A stretch of 64,000 nucleotides of DNA from a virus (IMGVR_UViG_2854208954_000001:1-64000); one strand, 5' to 3'; shown: positions 48,312 to 57,558, counted from the first letter of the stretch. Notes: generated by a model not told the origin, from the letters alone. A program made the numbers and translations.

Positions 48312-48842
48312 TTATGCACCATAACCAACTAAACTTTCCGCTTCACGATTAAAATAATATCTAATCACATAAGTAAAACCTTCATCAGTTTGTTTCAACA
48401 TATAAACACCATCACCACAAACATTAAGGAATCTGTAACCCTTGTAGTACGCATTAAATGGTACTGCACTACTATCATTATCATTAACTTGATAGAAATA
48501 AACTGTGTCCCAGCCAGAATAATATAAAGCATAATTGTCAAATTTCAGAACACTATAAATACTTTCATCAGACATTCTAAAAGAGCCTGAATCTCTAGCC
48601 TTATATTTTATGCAGTTTTTTTCCTTCGTACTTAAATTCATCCTATAATTAGTATATCCCGCACCACCTATATAATAATATAGATAATTTTCATCTACAT
48701 ACTGAATAGCAACTACATCGGCATTTTCTTTTAATTTTAAAACATTTTCAACTGATCCATCCAAAAGATTATATTTAAAAACTTCACAATCAACTTTTGT
48801 ATGATACTCCTTATCACTACCTAGTTCAGAATTATATTGGTT
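48312..48842 (-). pseudogene. 5'-truncated Tyr-rich beta-propeller-like (DUF5050-like) gene
   Basis: Frame stays open upstream of 48764 (QYNSELGSDKEYHTKVDCEVFKYNLLDG) with no ATG before the phage-end DNA. Confidence 0.55.
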
Positions 48843-49279
48843 TGTTGTAAGTTTTCGGAGAGAATAGGAAAAACCGTAAAAAGCCGTTAAAAAAAGTTAA
48901 AAATATGAAAATGTAGAAAACAAGCCGTTTTTTAGGTGTAAAAAGAAATTACACTTTGAAAAAACAGCTTGTTTTTTTATTTAGTGCGAAAACGAAAAAG
49001 CCGAGCAAATCACGAAAAATTTGTGAACCTGCTCGGCTTTAATTTTTTAAAAATAACCTTTTAAAAGCGTTTAAAATGGCTTTAAATCGGCATAAATTGG
49101 ATTTTAATATACTTTTATCTATACGATTAAAACATTTAAACAATAGGAACTATTTTAATTTTAAAGGGAAGTAACTTCCTATTCCGATGAAATCTATACT
49201 TTTTAACATATTGACCTTTTTAATGTTAAAAAATCCGATAATTCAAATTATGTAAAAAAATACAATTAAATGAATGTTT

Positions 49280-50212
49280 TTACATATTAAGTGTACCAAG
49301 CACCTTACCTACACAACGAACATCATCAAATCCGTGTAAAGGTATAGGCTTATAGGCTGGATTAAGTGAAACAAGCTCCTTTTTTCCTAATTTTTTAATA
49401 TACGATTCACCGTTAAGTACAAAAACCCCGATTTCGCCTTCAAAGACACTTGATGTTTGCTTAACAAGCACGGTTTCGCCGTTTGAAAATTTAGGTTGCA
49501 TACTATCACCTGATATTTTTAACGCAAAATCAGCTGAAGTAGTCATATCATTTCGTGGAACAGTAAGCCATTCAGCTAAAATATCATCGCCAAGCCATGA
49601 GCCAGTACCTGCTGAAACCGGTGTTTCATAGAACGGAATTACAATAGTGCTTTCAGCAACAGGCTTCTGCTCAGGAGTTATAAGATTAGTAATTCTTTTT
49701 AATACGGCAACTTCACCGTTGATAAATCTTTTATTGTGAAAACTATAATCGAACACTTTCCCGAAATCCGTTGCTGTTCGAAAATCATCAACATATCGTT
49801 CAATTCTACCTATCAATTCAGTTATTGCAGAAAACAAGTACTGTTTATCTTTGGCAAATAAAGCATCATTATATTGAATTCTTCTTAAAGAATATAAAAC
49901 AGAATGAATTCTATCCAAACTATGTTCATCAAGCTCGTCACACATCTTCTCAAAATTAAACATAGATAAGCTATGGTCATCACGAATTTCTTCCTTATTT
50001 GTTTCATCTCTGCCAAGTAAAATATCAACACTTACATCAAAATAATCAGCCATTTTTATAAGTGTTTTTATATCTGGTTCTCTTTTTCCTGCCTCATAAA
50101 GAGAAATGGTACTTTCAGAAAGACCGAGAATTTTTCCTAATTCTTTCATTGATAATTTGTGTTCTTTTCGTAATTCTTTTAGTTTAGTCATAAGCTCAGC
50201 CCCTATTGTCAT
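49280..50212 (-). CDS. CI/LexA-like repressor (HTH plus S24 peptidase)
   Basis: HTH_3 N-terminus; VSAG cleavage site, SGDSM serine, YIKKL lysine. Confidence 0.93.
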   Translation of the reverse strand: MTIGAELMTKLKELRKEHKLSMKELGKILGLSESTISLYEAGKREPDIKTLIKMADYFDVSVDILLGRDETNKEEIRDDHSLSMFNFEKMCDELDEHSLDRIHSVLYSLRRIQYNDALFAKDKQYLFSAITELIGRIERYVDDFRTATDFGKVFDYSFHNKRFINGEVAVLKRITNLITPEQKPVAESTIVIPFYETPVSAGTGSWLGDDILAEWLTVPRNDMTTSADFALKISGDSMQPKFSNGETVLVKQTSSVFEGEIGVFVLNGESYIKKLGKKELVSLNPAYKPIPLHGFDDVRCVGKVLGTLNM

Positions 50213-50220
50213 TATTATAA

Positions 50221-50328
50221 ACTTTACTATTAGTAAAGTAAATTAAACTTTGCAAAATGTCAAGAAAAAACTTGACAAATAGTAAATAAAGGCGTATTAT
50301 ATACTTGAAACTTGACAATATGCAAAGT
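50221..50328. promoter_or_regulatory. Four 19-bp operators and a sigmaA promoter of the genetic switch
   Basis: ACTTTACTATTAGTAAAGT (50221), ACTTTGCAAAATGTCAAGA (50247), ACTTGACAAATAGTAAATA (50270), ACTTGACAATATGCAAAGT (50310); TTGACA-17-TATTAT at 50272-50300. Confidence 0.8.
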
Positions 50329-50344
50329 TGAGGACGGTGATTAA

Positions 50345-50572
50345 ATGAAAAAGCGTGTTTATCTCATTGATTTGAGAAATAAAAAGGGGCTAACTCAATT
50401 AGATATATCTAAAAGTATGGGAATATCTGAGAGTTACTACAATCTTATTGAACAGGGACAAAGACAAAAGAATATGAACATCGCTATTTTATATGGTCTT
50501 TCTAAAGCATTGAAGGTATCAGTAAACACACTGGTAGATAAGGAAATAAATTTTGCAAGAAAAGGAGATTGA
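50345..50572 (+). CDS. Cro-like XRE HTH protein
   Basis: LRNKKGLTQLDISKSMGISESYYNLIEQG. Confidence 0.9.
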   Translation: MKKRVYLIDLRNKKGLTQLDISKSMGISESYYNLIEQGQRQKNMNIAILYGLSKALKVSVNTLVDKEINFARKGD

Positions 50573-50778
50573 TTATGATAGGTAAAACAATCAACAGATA
50601 CAAAATAATCGGCAACATAAACAATCGTGTTGTTATGGCTCACAACCCAAATGCAGTTGAACCGTGGGTTGTGTGGTGGCTGGACAGCGACGGAGATCCT
50701 TACAGCGGCAGTTACTTTGCAAGCAGAAATGCCGCTGCCAAAGAATTTATGGAGAGAGCATTTTGTGTAATAAAGTGA
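50569..50778 (+). CDS. Hypothetical phage protein
   Basis: Operonic, RBS AAAGGAG. Confidence 0.7.
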   Translation: MIMIGKTINRYKIIGNINNRVVMAHNPNAVEPWVVWWLDSDGDPYSGSYFASRNAAAKEFMERAFCVIK

Positions 50779-50954
50779 ACCCTCGCTGTAAAGGGTGCGG
50801 ACACCGCAGACCATTAAACCATAGTAACAACAAAGGCTATTCGATTTGTTATTACATTCTTGATACGGGACAGCCACGAGATTGCACAGTTGAAGAATGT
50901 ACGCACTACACAAATAAGGAATGTCACATCAAGGAGGACTTATGGACAGATTAG
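50775..50954 (+). CDS. Cys-rich small protein
   Basis: GTG start overlapping the previous stop; CKGC...C...C..EECTHY. Confidence 0.65.
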   Translation: MNPRCKGCGHRRPLNHSNNKGYSICYYILDTGQPRDCTVEECTHYTNKECHIKEDLWTD

Positions 50955-51127
50955 ATTTATTTGAAAGGAAAAATTTAACTAAAACCGAAAAACTTGAAAA
51001 AATACTCAGAAAATACGGAATAAATTTTGACGATTTAAGACAGCTTAATGAATCTCAGATTAAAGCAGTAGAAACAGACTATTATTCAACTTATGGTGAA
51101 TCAATATCAATAATGTTTGATTTTTAA
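50939..51127 (+). CDS. Hypothetical phage protein
   Basis: AGGAGG RBS, MDRLDLFERK. Confidence 0.65.
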   Translation, partial: LMDRLDLFERKNLTKTEKLEKILRKYGINFDDLRQLNESQIKAVETDYYSTYGESISIMFDF

Positions 51128-51189
51128 GCCGAAACCGCCGCAAGGCGGTCAGCAGGAAATGACCTACCTGCTCTGATGATGGCAGGTCA
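51128..51189 (+). ncRNA. Hammerhead ribozyme, type II, with loop I pseudoknot
   Basis: GCC-GAAAC-CGCC/GGCG-GUC-AGCAGG/CCUGCU-CUGAUGA-U-GGC; loop UGACCU pairs with tail AGGUCA. Confidence 0.88.
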
Positions 51190-51204
51190 AAAGGATGTGA
51201 TTTT

Positions 51205-53163
51205 TTGATTTATCTAACGGCAAAGGAAGTTGCTGGGATAAAAGGTTGCTCTGAACGATATGTAAAAATGCTCATAAACAATGGAAGTCTTCAGGGTGAT
51301 GAAACAATAAACCAAAACAACCGCAAAAAATATTTGATACCTTTAAATGAACTATCCCACTCGGAACAGCTTAAATACTACAAATCGCACGCAATAGCAA
51401 TTCCTGAGGATTTGCTCCCCGAACGCAAGACGGAGCGACCCCACAAGGAATTTGATGAATTTTCGGCGGTACAGCGTGAAGAGATTGCCGAATGGATAAG
51501 GATACTTAATGCTTGGGATGAGTATTGTGCAACATCAAAGTTACAGAAAGTACCTGCAACAGAAAAATTTGTACAACTGCAAAAGGTCGCTAATCCCGAC
51601 CTTAACATATCGAAGGGAATTTTGTACCGGAAAAAAAAGGCTTTAAAAGCCGATGATCTTGCAGGACTGCTTGACAATCGTGGAAGTTGGAAAAAAGGTA
51701 CATCGTCAATTCCTGAAGAAGTGTGGCAATGCTTTTTAAGTTTTTATCTTGATGAGGCACAGCACCCTATACAGGCGTGCTATGAATACACCGAAATGTG
51801 GATTAAGCGAGAAGCTCCACAGCTGTTACCTCTCCCTGCTTATGCATCGTTTTACAGGAAAGTACAAACGGCAATACCTAAGCCTGTTGAAATTATGGGA
51901 CGGCAAGGTATGAAAGCCTTTAGGGACAGGTGTGCTCCGTACATACGCAGGACATACGAAGGAATGGCGTCAAACGAATGGTGGATTGCAGATAACCACA
52001 CATTTGATGTGCAGACAAAGGGAGAAAACGGAAGTATCCACAGGCTTTATCTTACAGCGTTTTTTGATGCTCGTTCGGGTATTTTTACAGGCTGTTATGT
52101 GACCGATGCACCGTCATCGCAGGCTACATTGATAGCTCTACGAAAGGGCATAGTTAAGTACGGCATACCCGAAAACATATATGTAGATAACGGTCGAGAG
52201 TTTCTGACATTCGATGTCGGCGGACTTGGTCATAGATTGAAAAAGAGTCAAAAGGACAAGTTTGCACCGCCGCCTGTTTTTGAACGGCTGGGCATTAAAA
52301 TGACAAATGCTATCGTACGAAATGCGAAGGCAAAGATTATTGAAAGACGATTTCGAGATGTTAAAGACCGACTTTCAAGACTGTTTCCGACTTATACAGG
52401 CGGTAATGTAGTCGAACGACCGGAAAGACTTAAAAAGGTAATCAGGGACACCGACAACATACCCACGGATTATGAATTCACTCAGGCAGTTGAGGACATT
52501 TTAACCTACTATATGAATGAAAAACCATATAGCGGAGCGGTAAGCTCAGACAGCGGTAAAAGCCGAATGCAGGTTTACAGAGAACAACTTAAAGAAAAAC
52601 GAGTCGCCGCAGAACTTGACCTCAACTTGATGTTAATGAGAAGCACAAGAAGTCAGAAAGTCGGCAGGCGTGGAGTACATCTTACTGTTGCAGGCGAGAA
52701 AATTGATTACTACAATGATGACCTTATTTTAAATCATTTTGGAGAATCTGTTTACTGTCGATATGACCCGGAAGATATTTCGGAAGTCAGAATTTATGAC
52801 CTTGATGATAACTACATAATGACCGCTCCAACAGACAATGAAGCAGTCCTTGCCTACGGAGCATCTAAAGATGCAGTTGCTCAGGCACTCCGTAAGGTTA
52901 AGAGCCTTGAAAAACTCACTAAACAGGAACTCAAGGCAAGTCAGATTACAGCATTTGGCAAAGAAACAGCACTCAATCTTGTGCTTGCAACCGCTGAGGA
53001 AAACAAAGCAAATGCCGAGGAAATCAATCCGAAGGTTATATCAGTACACCGTGCCGATGAAACGGCAGAGCAGTTGCCTATGGCAGTTGGTCAGTCGAAT
53101 ATCGTAACGATAGATAAGGCAAAAATGATAAGAAATCTTGAACAGCGACAAAAGGAGGAATAA
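51205..53163 (+). CDS. Mu-type DDE transposase (MuA-like)
   Basis: WWIADNHTFD, YVDNGREF, KIIERRF, Mu C-terminal YCRYDPED. Confidence 0.95.
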   Translation: MIYLTAKEVAGIKGCSERYVKMLINNGSLQGDETINQNNRKKYLIPLNELSHSEQLKYYKSHAIAIPEDLLPERKTERPHKEFDEFSAVQREEIAEWIRILNAWDEYCATSKLQKVPATEKFVQLQKVANPDLNISKGILYRKKKALKADDLAGLLDNRGSWKKGTSSIPEEVWQCFLSFYLDEAQHPIQACYEYTEMWIKREAPQLLPLPAYASFYRKVQTAIPKPVEIMGRQGMKAFRDRCAPYIRRTYEGMASNEWWIADNHTFDVQTKGENGSIHRLYLTAFFDARSGIFTGCYVTDAPSSQATLIALRKGIVKYGIPENIYVDNGREFLTFDVGGLGHRLKKSQKDKFAPPPVFERLGIKMTNAIVRNAKAKIIERRFRDVKDRLSRLFPTYTGGNVVERPERLKKVIRDTDNIPTDYEFTQAVEDILTYYMNEKPYSGAVSSDSGKSRMQVYREQLKEKRVAAELDLNLMLMRSTRSQKVGRRGVHLTVAGEKIDYYNDDLILNHFGESVYCRYDPEDISEVRIYDLDDNYIMTAPTDNEAVLAYGASKDAVAQALRKVKSLEKLTKQELKASQITAFGKETALNLVLATAEENKANAEEINPKVISVHRADETAEQLPMAVGQSNIVTIDKAKMIRNLEQRQKEE

Positions 53164-53166
53164 TAA

Positions 53167-54087
53167 ATGTCGGTAATGTCAGCCAATCCTGAATTACAGG
53201 AGAAATTAAGGAACTTTATCGAAGAGTGCGGCTCACAAACCAAAGCCGCAAAAGCTCTCGGAAAGTCAGCAGCGACTTTGTCAACCTACTTGAACAACCG
53301 TTATAACGGTAATTTAAGTGATTTTGAAAAGTTTTTAACAGAGACTTTTGAAACAAAAGCCGCTGCAGAAAATCTCAAATCAGCTCAGGTGCTTAACAGC
53401 TACAAGCCTACAAGCATAAGCTCAGAGGTTTATGATACAATCCGCTTGTGTCATCTTAAGGGCGGTCTTGCAATTGAGTGTGGCGATGCAGGCATAGGAA
53501 AAACAATGGCTTGTAAAAAGTATGCAGAAGATTATCCGGCTACTGCGATTTATGTGTCTGTAAATCCTTGCTTGGTAACTTTGAGTGCCTTTTTAAAACT
53601 GCTTTGCAGAACACAGAAAATCACCGCAACAGGTCGCAAAGATGAAATGTGGTTAAGACTTGCAGATAGCTTTGAAGGTGAACGCAAGGTACTCATCATT
53701 GATGAGGCACAGCATCTGCCGATTAAAACCATTGAGGCTATCAGAGCTTTTTTTGATAGCAACCCACAGCTTGGTATTTGCCTTGTCGGAAACATTGAAA
53801 CCGTTACAAATACCGGCAAAAGCAAAGAAGCGTTCGCTCAGATTCGTAACCGTACAAAACTTACCGAAGTAAGGCATACATCAGCAATTAAAAACAGCGA
53901 CATTGAGCTGTTGTTTCCTGCCGTTAAGTCCGATGAACGAGCAGTAAGTTTTTTACTTGGCATTGCAAGGTCTGAACAGGGCATCAGAGGAGCAAGCAAT
54001 GTTTTTGGAAATGCCGTTGACAACGGAAACATCACCTATGAAGGCTTAATCGCAATGGCAAAAGCTATGCGTATCAAGGTGTTTTAA
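53167..54087 (+). CDS. MuB-like AAA+ transposition ATPase
   Basis: GDAGIGKT, LIIDEAQHL, N-terminal HTH. Confidence 0.93.
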   Translation: MSVMSANPELQEKLRNFIEECGSQTKAAKALGKSAATLSTYLNNRYNGNLSDFEKFLTETFETKAAAENLKSAQVLNSYKPTSISSEVYDTIRLCHLKGGLAIECGDAGIGKTMACKKYAEDYPATAIYVSVNPCLVTLSAFLKLLCRTQKITATGRKDEMWLRLADSFEGERKVLIIDEAQHLPIKTIEAIRAFFDSNPQLGICLVGNIETVTNTGKSKEAFAQIRNRTKLTEVRHTSAIKNSDIELLFPAVKSDERAVSFLLGIARSEQGIRGASNVFGNAVDNGNITYEGLIAMAKAMRIKVF

Positions 54088-54109
54088 ATAATATTCGGAG
54101 GGATTTTAA

Positions 54110-54346
54110 ATGTCGTTAAGAAAAATCGTGTTACTGCTCGCCGCAGGGTTCAGCACGGGAGTAGTAATGACCGCCGCATTCGGTCAAATGGGTACAAGGA
54201 GCTTTACAGCAGGCGGAGAAATTTGCTTTGTGCCTATGGTGCTCCTGCTTGTATGGGTCGGTTGGATGATCCGTGGCGAAAGCCGAAAGGTAAAAAAGAG
54301 TAAAAGGAGGGGTAACAATGACCGCAGAAGAGTGGAAAAAGGTTGA
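54110..54346 (+). CDS. Small two-TM membrane protein
   Basis: Two hydrophobic segments and a basic tail; GGAGG RBS. Confidence 0.7.
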   Translation: MSLRKIVLLLAAGFSTGVVMTAAFGQMGTRSFTAGGEICFVPMVLLLVWVGWMIRGESRKVKKSKRRGNNDRRRVEKG

Positions 54347-54704
54347 CGAAGCCCTTACATCTGTATGGAGTCCGTATGTACATCTCAAAATTGACGGATA
54401 TAAAGTATCTCTGAACCTCACTCAAAAATCACGATTTCAAAATGTTATTGCAGTTTATATCAACGATGAATTTCGTGGCAAGTGGCTTATGGAGGACTGC
54501 GAAGAACGCAGGAGATTTTGTTGCTGTAAGAGACAGTCGGTAGTTACCGAAAAAGATTGCAAACTTTACGGAGCTCGTAGCAAGAAAGCTAAGCAGGAAC
54601 TCAAAGAGAAGTTTGGCTATGATGTGTATTTACCATATTGGACAAACTTTGAGAAAATGAAAAAACATTTTATTGCTAATAACAAAAGCATTGAACTTTA
54701 TTAA
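54318..54704 (+). CDS. Hypothetical phage protein
   Basis: AGGAGG RBS, operonic. Confidence 0.75.
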   Translation: MTAEEWKKVDEALTSVWSPYVHLKIDGYKVSLNLTQKSRFQNVIAVYINDEFRGKWLMEDCEERRRFCCCKRQSVVTEKDCKLYGARSKKAKQELKEKFGYDVYLPYWTNFEKMKKHFIANNKSIELY

Positions 54705-54721
54705 ATTTCGGAGGGATAAAA

Positions 54722-55018
54722 ATGGAAGATTACACAGTTGAATTTGGAAATGAATTGAGTGGTGCGATAATAGATTCGTTTGCTAAAAAAGCCAAAACCG
54801 CTGTTTGTGAAAAAAAGGTAGTAATAATTTCGGTTGAAAATTCTGACAAAACAACCGACTCTGTTGTAACAGGAAATGCTATCGATATTCTTGGAAAAAT
54901 AGGGTCATTAACAATTGAAGTTATAAAAAAGCTCGAAAAAAATATGGGCAAAACTTTTGCAGATAGAACTTTAGAAGGCTTTATATGTGCAATAAAAGAG
55001 GTTAATGAGCGGAGATAA
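54722..55018 (+). CDS. Hypothetical phage protein
   Basis: GGAGG RBS, operonic. Confidence 0.7.
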   Translation: MEDYTVEFGNELSGAIIDSFAKKAKTAVCEKKVVIISVENSDKTTDSVVTGNAIDILGKIGSLTIEVIKKLEKNMGKTFADRTLEGFICAIKEVNERR

Positions 55019-55026
55019 TCCGCTCA

Positions 55027-55085
55027 CCTTAATGCAACTTCCGCCAACGGGAACGGTCACAAGTCCGTATGAATGCAGAGTGAGG
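55027..55085 (+). ncRNA. Twister ribozyme, P1 type
   Basis: CCU-UAA-UGCA-AC-[UUCCG/CGGGAA]-CGG-UCACAAGU-CCG-UAUGAA-UGCA-GA-GUG-AGG; both pseudoknots pair (CAC/GUG, AC/GU). Confidence 0.85.
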
Positions 55086-55119
55086 ACAACAATACATATT
55101 GAACAGGAGGTCAATTTAT

Positions 55120-55374
55120 ATGAAAACATCAAAGAAAATCTGTAAAAACGGCTCTATTACTCTGCCAAAGCAGATAAGAGGCGAAGCAGGATTGTTTCCG
55201 GGCAATGCTGTTGACATTGAAACAAGTACAGACGGCACTGTTACAATTAAACCGTCTGCTCCCTGTTGTCGCTTTTGCGGTACAGTTGAAAATGTAATCA
55301 TTGCAGATAATGTTATCATCTGCCGCAAATGTGCCGAAAAATTACTTGCAAAGGTGGATAAAACAAATGACTGA
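55120..55374 (+). CDS. AbrB/SpoVT-family DNA-binding protein with C-terminal Zn ribbon
   Basis: GSITLPKQIR...DGTVTIKP; CRFC...CRKC. Confidence 0.88.
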   Translation: MKTSKKICKNGSITLPKQIRGEAGLFPGNAVDIETSTDGTVTIKPSAPCCRFCGTVENVIIADNVIICRKCAEKLLAKVDKTND

Positions 55375-56002
55375 TTTAAAAAAGCAGATTGATGAGCTTG
55401 CAGGCATTAAAGCAGATATGAGCAAACTCAAAGCACGCAAGGACAAGCTCGAAGCAGAGATTATTATGCAGTGCTCGGAAGACCTTGAAAACACCAAATA
55501 TAAAAGTGTCCATTACGCAGGCACAGAATCAGAGCTTACAGCGGTAACTTCGGAATCTCTCAAAATTACATACAACTCATTTTTGCTCTCAATTTTTGGC
55601 AAAGCATACAAAGATGCGGTTACGGAAAAGACAGAATATTCCCTCTCTGCTCCGGCAAAAAGAATGCTCATCGGTTTGTGGAAGGGCAATTTTGTAAGAT
55701 GCACCGTCAAAGAAGTTATTGAACAGATGAACGGCGTGTCTGATGACGAACGCAAACAGCTTGTCAAAAAATGCAAGGGCATTAACTACGATAAGGATGT
55801 AAACAACATTTTAAAGTTCACAAACCTTTCGGAGGACGATGCAAAAGAGTATGCCTACCTCATTTCAGAGGCGGCTGTATGGCAGGACTTCAAAAACCTG
55901 CTGACCGTCAACTGTATGGACGAAAGTCATATTGACGATATCCTAATGAAGATACAGAGCAGTTTTGTTGTTGAGGACAGCACAAAGATATCTTTAAGCT
56001 GA
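55367..56002 (+). CDS. Hypothetical Mu-like early protein
   Basis: Long operonic ORF overlapping the previous stop. Confidence 0.75.
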   Translation: MTDLKKQIDELAGIKADMSKLKARKDKLEAEIIMQCSEDLENTKYKSVHYAGTESELTAVTSESLKITYNSFLLSIFGKAYKDAVTEKTEYSLSAPAKRMLIGLWKGNFVRCTVKEVIEQMNGVSDDERKQLVKKCKGINYDKDVNNILKFTNLSEDDAKEYAYLISEAAVWQDFKNLLTVNCMDESHIDDILMKIQSSFVVEDSTKISLS

Positions 56003-56003
56003 G

Positions 56004-56516
56004 GTGATTGATTTGTTAAAGCCACAGCAGACACAAAGAATATACGCAATGGCGGCACGGCTCGGTGTGTTGGAATCGGGCAACAAAAACGATATGCTGC
56101 ACACGATTGTTTATCGTCTTACTCAAAAGGAGAGCATACGCACTCTTGATGAAAACGAATACCGAACAGTTGTCGCAGAACTTGCCGAAAGGCTGAAATT
56201 GCAGAGCCTCACAGAGCCGCCGAAACCGTATAAGAAGAAAAGATACGAGGACAGCGGCAGAGGAAAAATGTCAGACGGTCAGAAACGCAAAGTGTGGCAG
56301 TTGATGTACCAGCTTGAAAAATACGATACCGAGCCTACCACAGCTAAACTCGGCGACAGACTCTGCGGTATTATAAAGAAAGAGTTAAAAATTGACTGTA
56401 CATCAAAGCAGCCTTTTAGGTGGCTGACATATAATCAGGGCATAACCTTGATTGAAAAACTTAAAAAGTACATTGACAGTGCTCAAAGGAGGAAGGCTGG
56501 TGAAAATAAATCTTGA
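56004..56516 (+). CDS. GemA/gp16-like (DUF1018) regulatory protein
   Basis: RIYAMAARLG, LIEKLK; lies before mor. Confidence 0.75.
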   Translation: MIDLLKPQQTQRIYAMAARLGVLESGNKNDMLHTIVYRLTQKESIRTLDENEYRTVVAELAERLKLQSLTEPPKPYKKKRYEDSGRGKMSDGQKRKVWQLMYQLEKYDTEPTTAKLGDRLCGIIKKELKIDCTSKQPFRWLTYNQGITLIEKLKKYIDSAQRRKAGENKS

Positions 56517-56787
56517 TGATTTGGTAGGCACTCAAAGGGATATAGCGGAGATAATAGGAATTGAAAGCTATATTAAACTCTGTCAAACATTTGGTGGAGA
56601 TACAATATATATCCAAAAATACAGCGAGTTACAAAAACTTGAACGCAATGCTGAAATCAAGGCGAAGTACAATGGATACAACAGCAGTCAGCTCGCAAGA
56701 GAGTATGATTTGTCTGAAAGGTATGTGAGAATCATATGCTCAAACGGTAATCTTGACGGTCAGTTAAGTATTTTTGATGATATATAA
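56500..56787 (+). CDS. mor: Mor-family transcription activator
   Basis: FGGDTIYI, ERNAEIK..YNGYNSSQLAREYDLSERYVRII. Confidence 0.9.
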   Translation: MKINLDDLVGTQRDIAEIIGIESYIKLCQTFGGDTIYIQKYSELQKLERNAEIKAKYNGYNSSQLAREYDLSERYVRIICSNGNLDGQLSIFDDI

Positions 56788-56834
56788 CAATGAAGAAAAA
56801 ATAGGATATTCTTCCTCTACGGGAGTACGGTTTT

Positions 56835-56879
56835 ATAAGGTATTATTAAGTTACAGACTTAATGATACCTTATTTTTTT
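56835..56879 (+). terminator. Hairpin terminator between the middle and late regions
   Basis: ATAAGGTAT-TATTAAGT/ACTTAATG-ATACCTTAT followed by T7. Confidence 0.65.
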
Positions 56880-56891
56880 GGAGTAGTTTTT

Positions 56892-57233
56892 ATGAACTTT
56901 GCGTCAGACACTTGGTGGCTCTTCGGTCTTATCATTTCGGGAGCTATTGCTATTATCAGTTTTTTTCTTAAAAGGACAATTAACGAAGCGGATAGACACG
57001 ACAAGGAAATCAAAGAAATTCAGCTGTCATATGTTACGAAAGATGAATTAAAAGATATTAAAACCGATGTCAACAAATCTATCGGTAAGTTGCAAACTGA
57101 TGTTGAGCAAATAAAGGAAAACTGTTTGACCAAAAAAGATTACTACAACTCTATCAACGAAGTTAAGGACGAAATAAAGACACAAAACAAGCTCATTTTG
57201 GAGCTTTTAAGAGGAGGTAATAATAATGACTAA
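56892..57233 (+). CDS. N-terminal TM plus coiled-coil protein (holin/XhlA-like)
   Basis: WWLFGLIISGAIAIISFFLKR followed by a coiled coil. Confidence 0.6.
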   Translation: MNFASDTWWLFGLIISGAIAIISFFLKRTINEADRHDKEIKEIQLSYVTKDELKDIKTDVNKSIGKLQTDVEQIKENCLTKKDYYNSINEVKDEIKTQNKLILELLRGGNNND

Positions 57234-57558
57234 CGATGCTGAGGCATATATGCAGAAAATCAAGGCAAGAAACTTTGTTCAGAACAACGGACAGATTTTG
57301 AGAACTATTAACATACTTCATGTGAATTATGAAAAACTGTCCGATGTTAAGTACGCAATCGGGAATGTTTCGGAGCATGACTTTTTGTCATCGGTTAATT
57401 ACCTCTTTTTGTCGGAATACATTTTGCTCCGTCATATCAAAACAAAAGAACCTGCCGACATCGCAGATGTTCCGTATGAAGAACTTGAGGCAAAACTCTC
57501 ATCAAAGGGCATTAAGCTCCTCGAAGGTTCTGTTACCGATAACTCGATTGAGGTTTAG
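57226..57558 (+). CDS. Hypothetical (winged-helix-like) Mu-like late protein
   Basis: Operonic; YLFLSEYI...LSSKGIKLLEG. Confidence 0.7.
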   Translation: MTNDAEAYMQKIKARNFVQNNGQILRTINILHVNYEKLSDVKYAIGNVSEHDFLSSVNYLFLSEYILLRHIKTKEPADIADVPYEELEAKLSSKGIKLLEGSVTDNSIEV

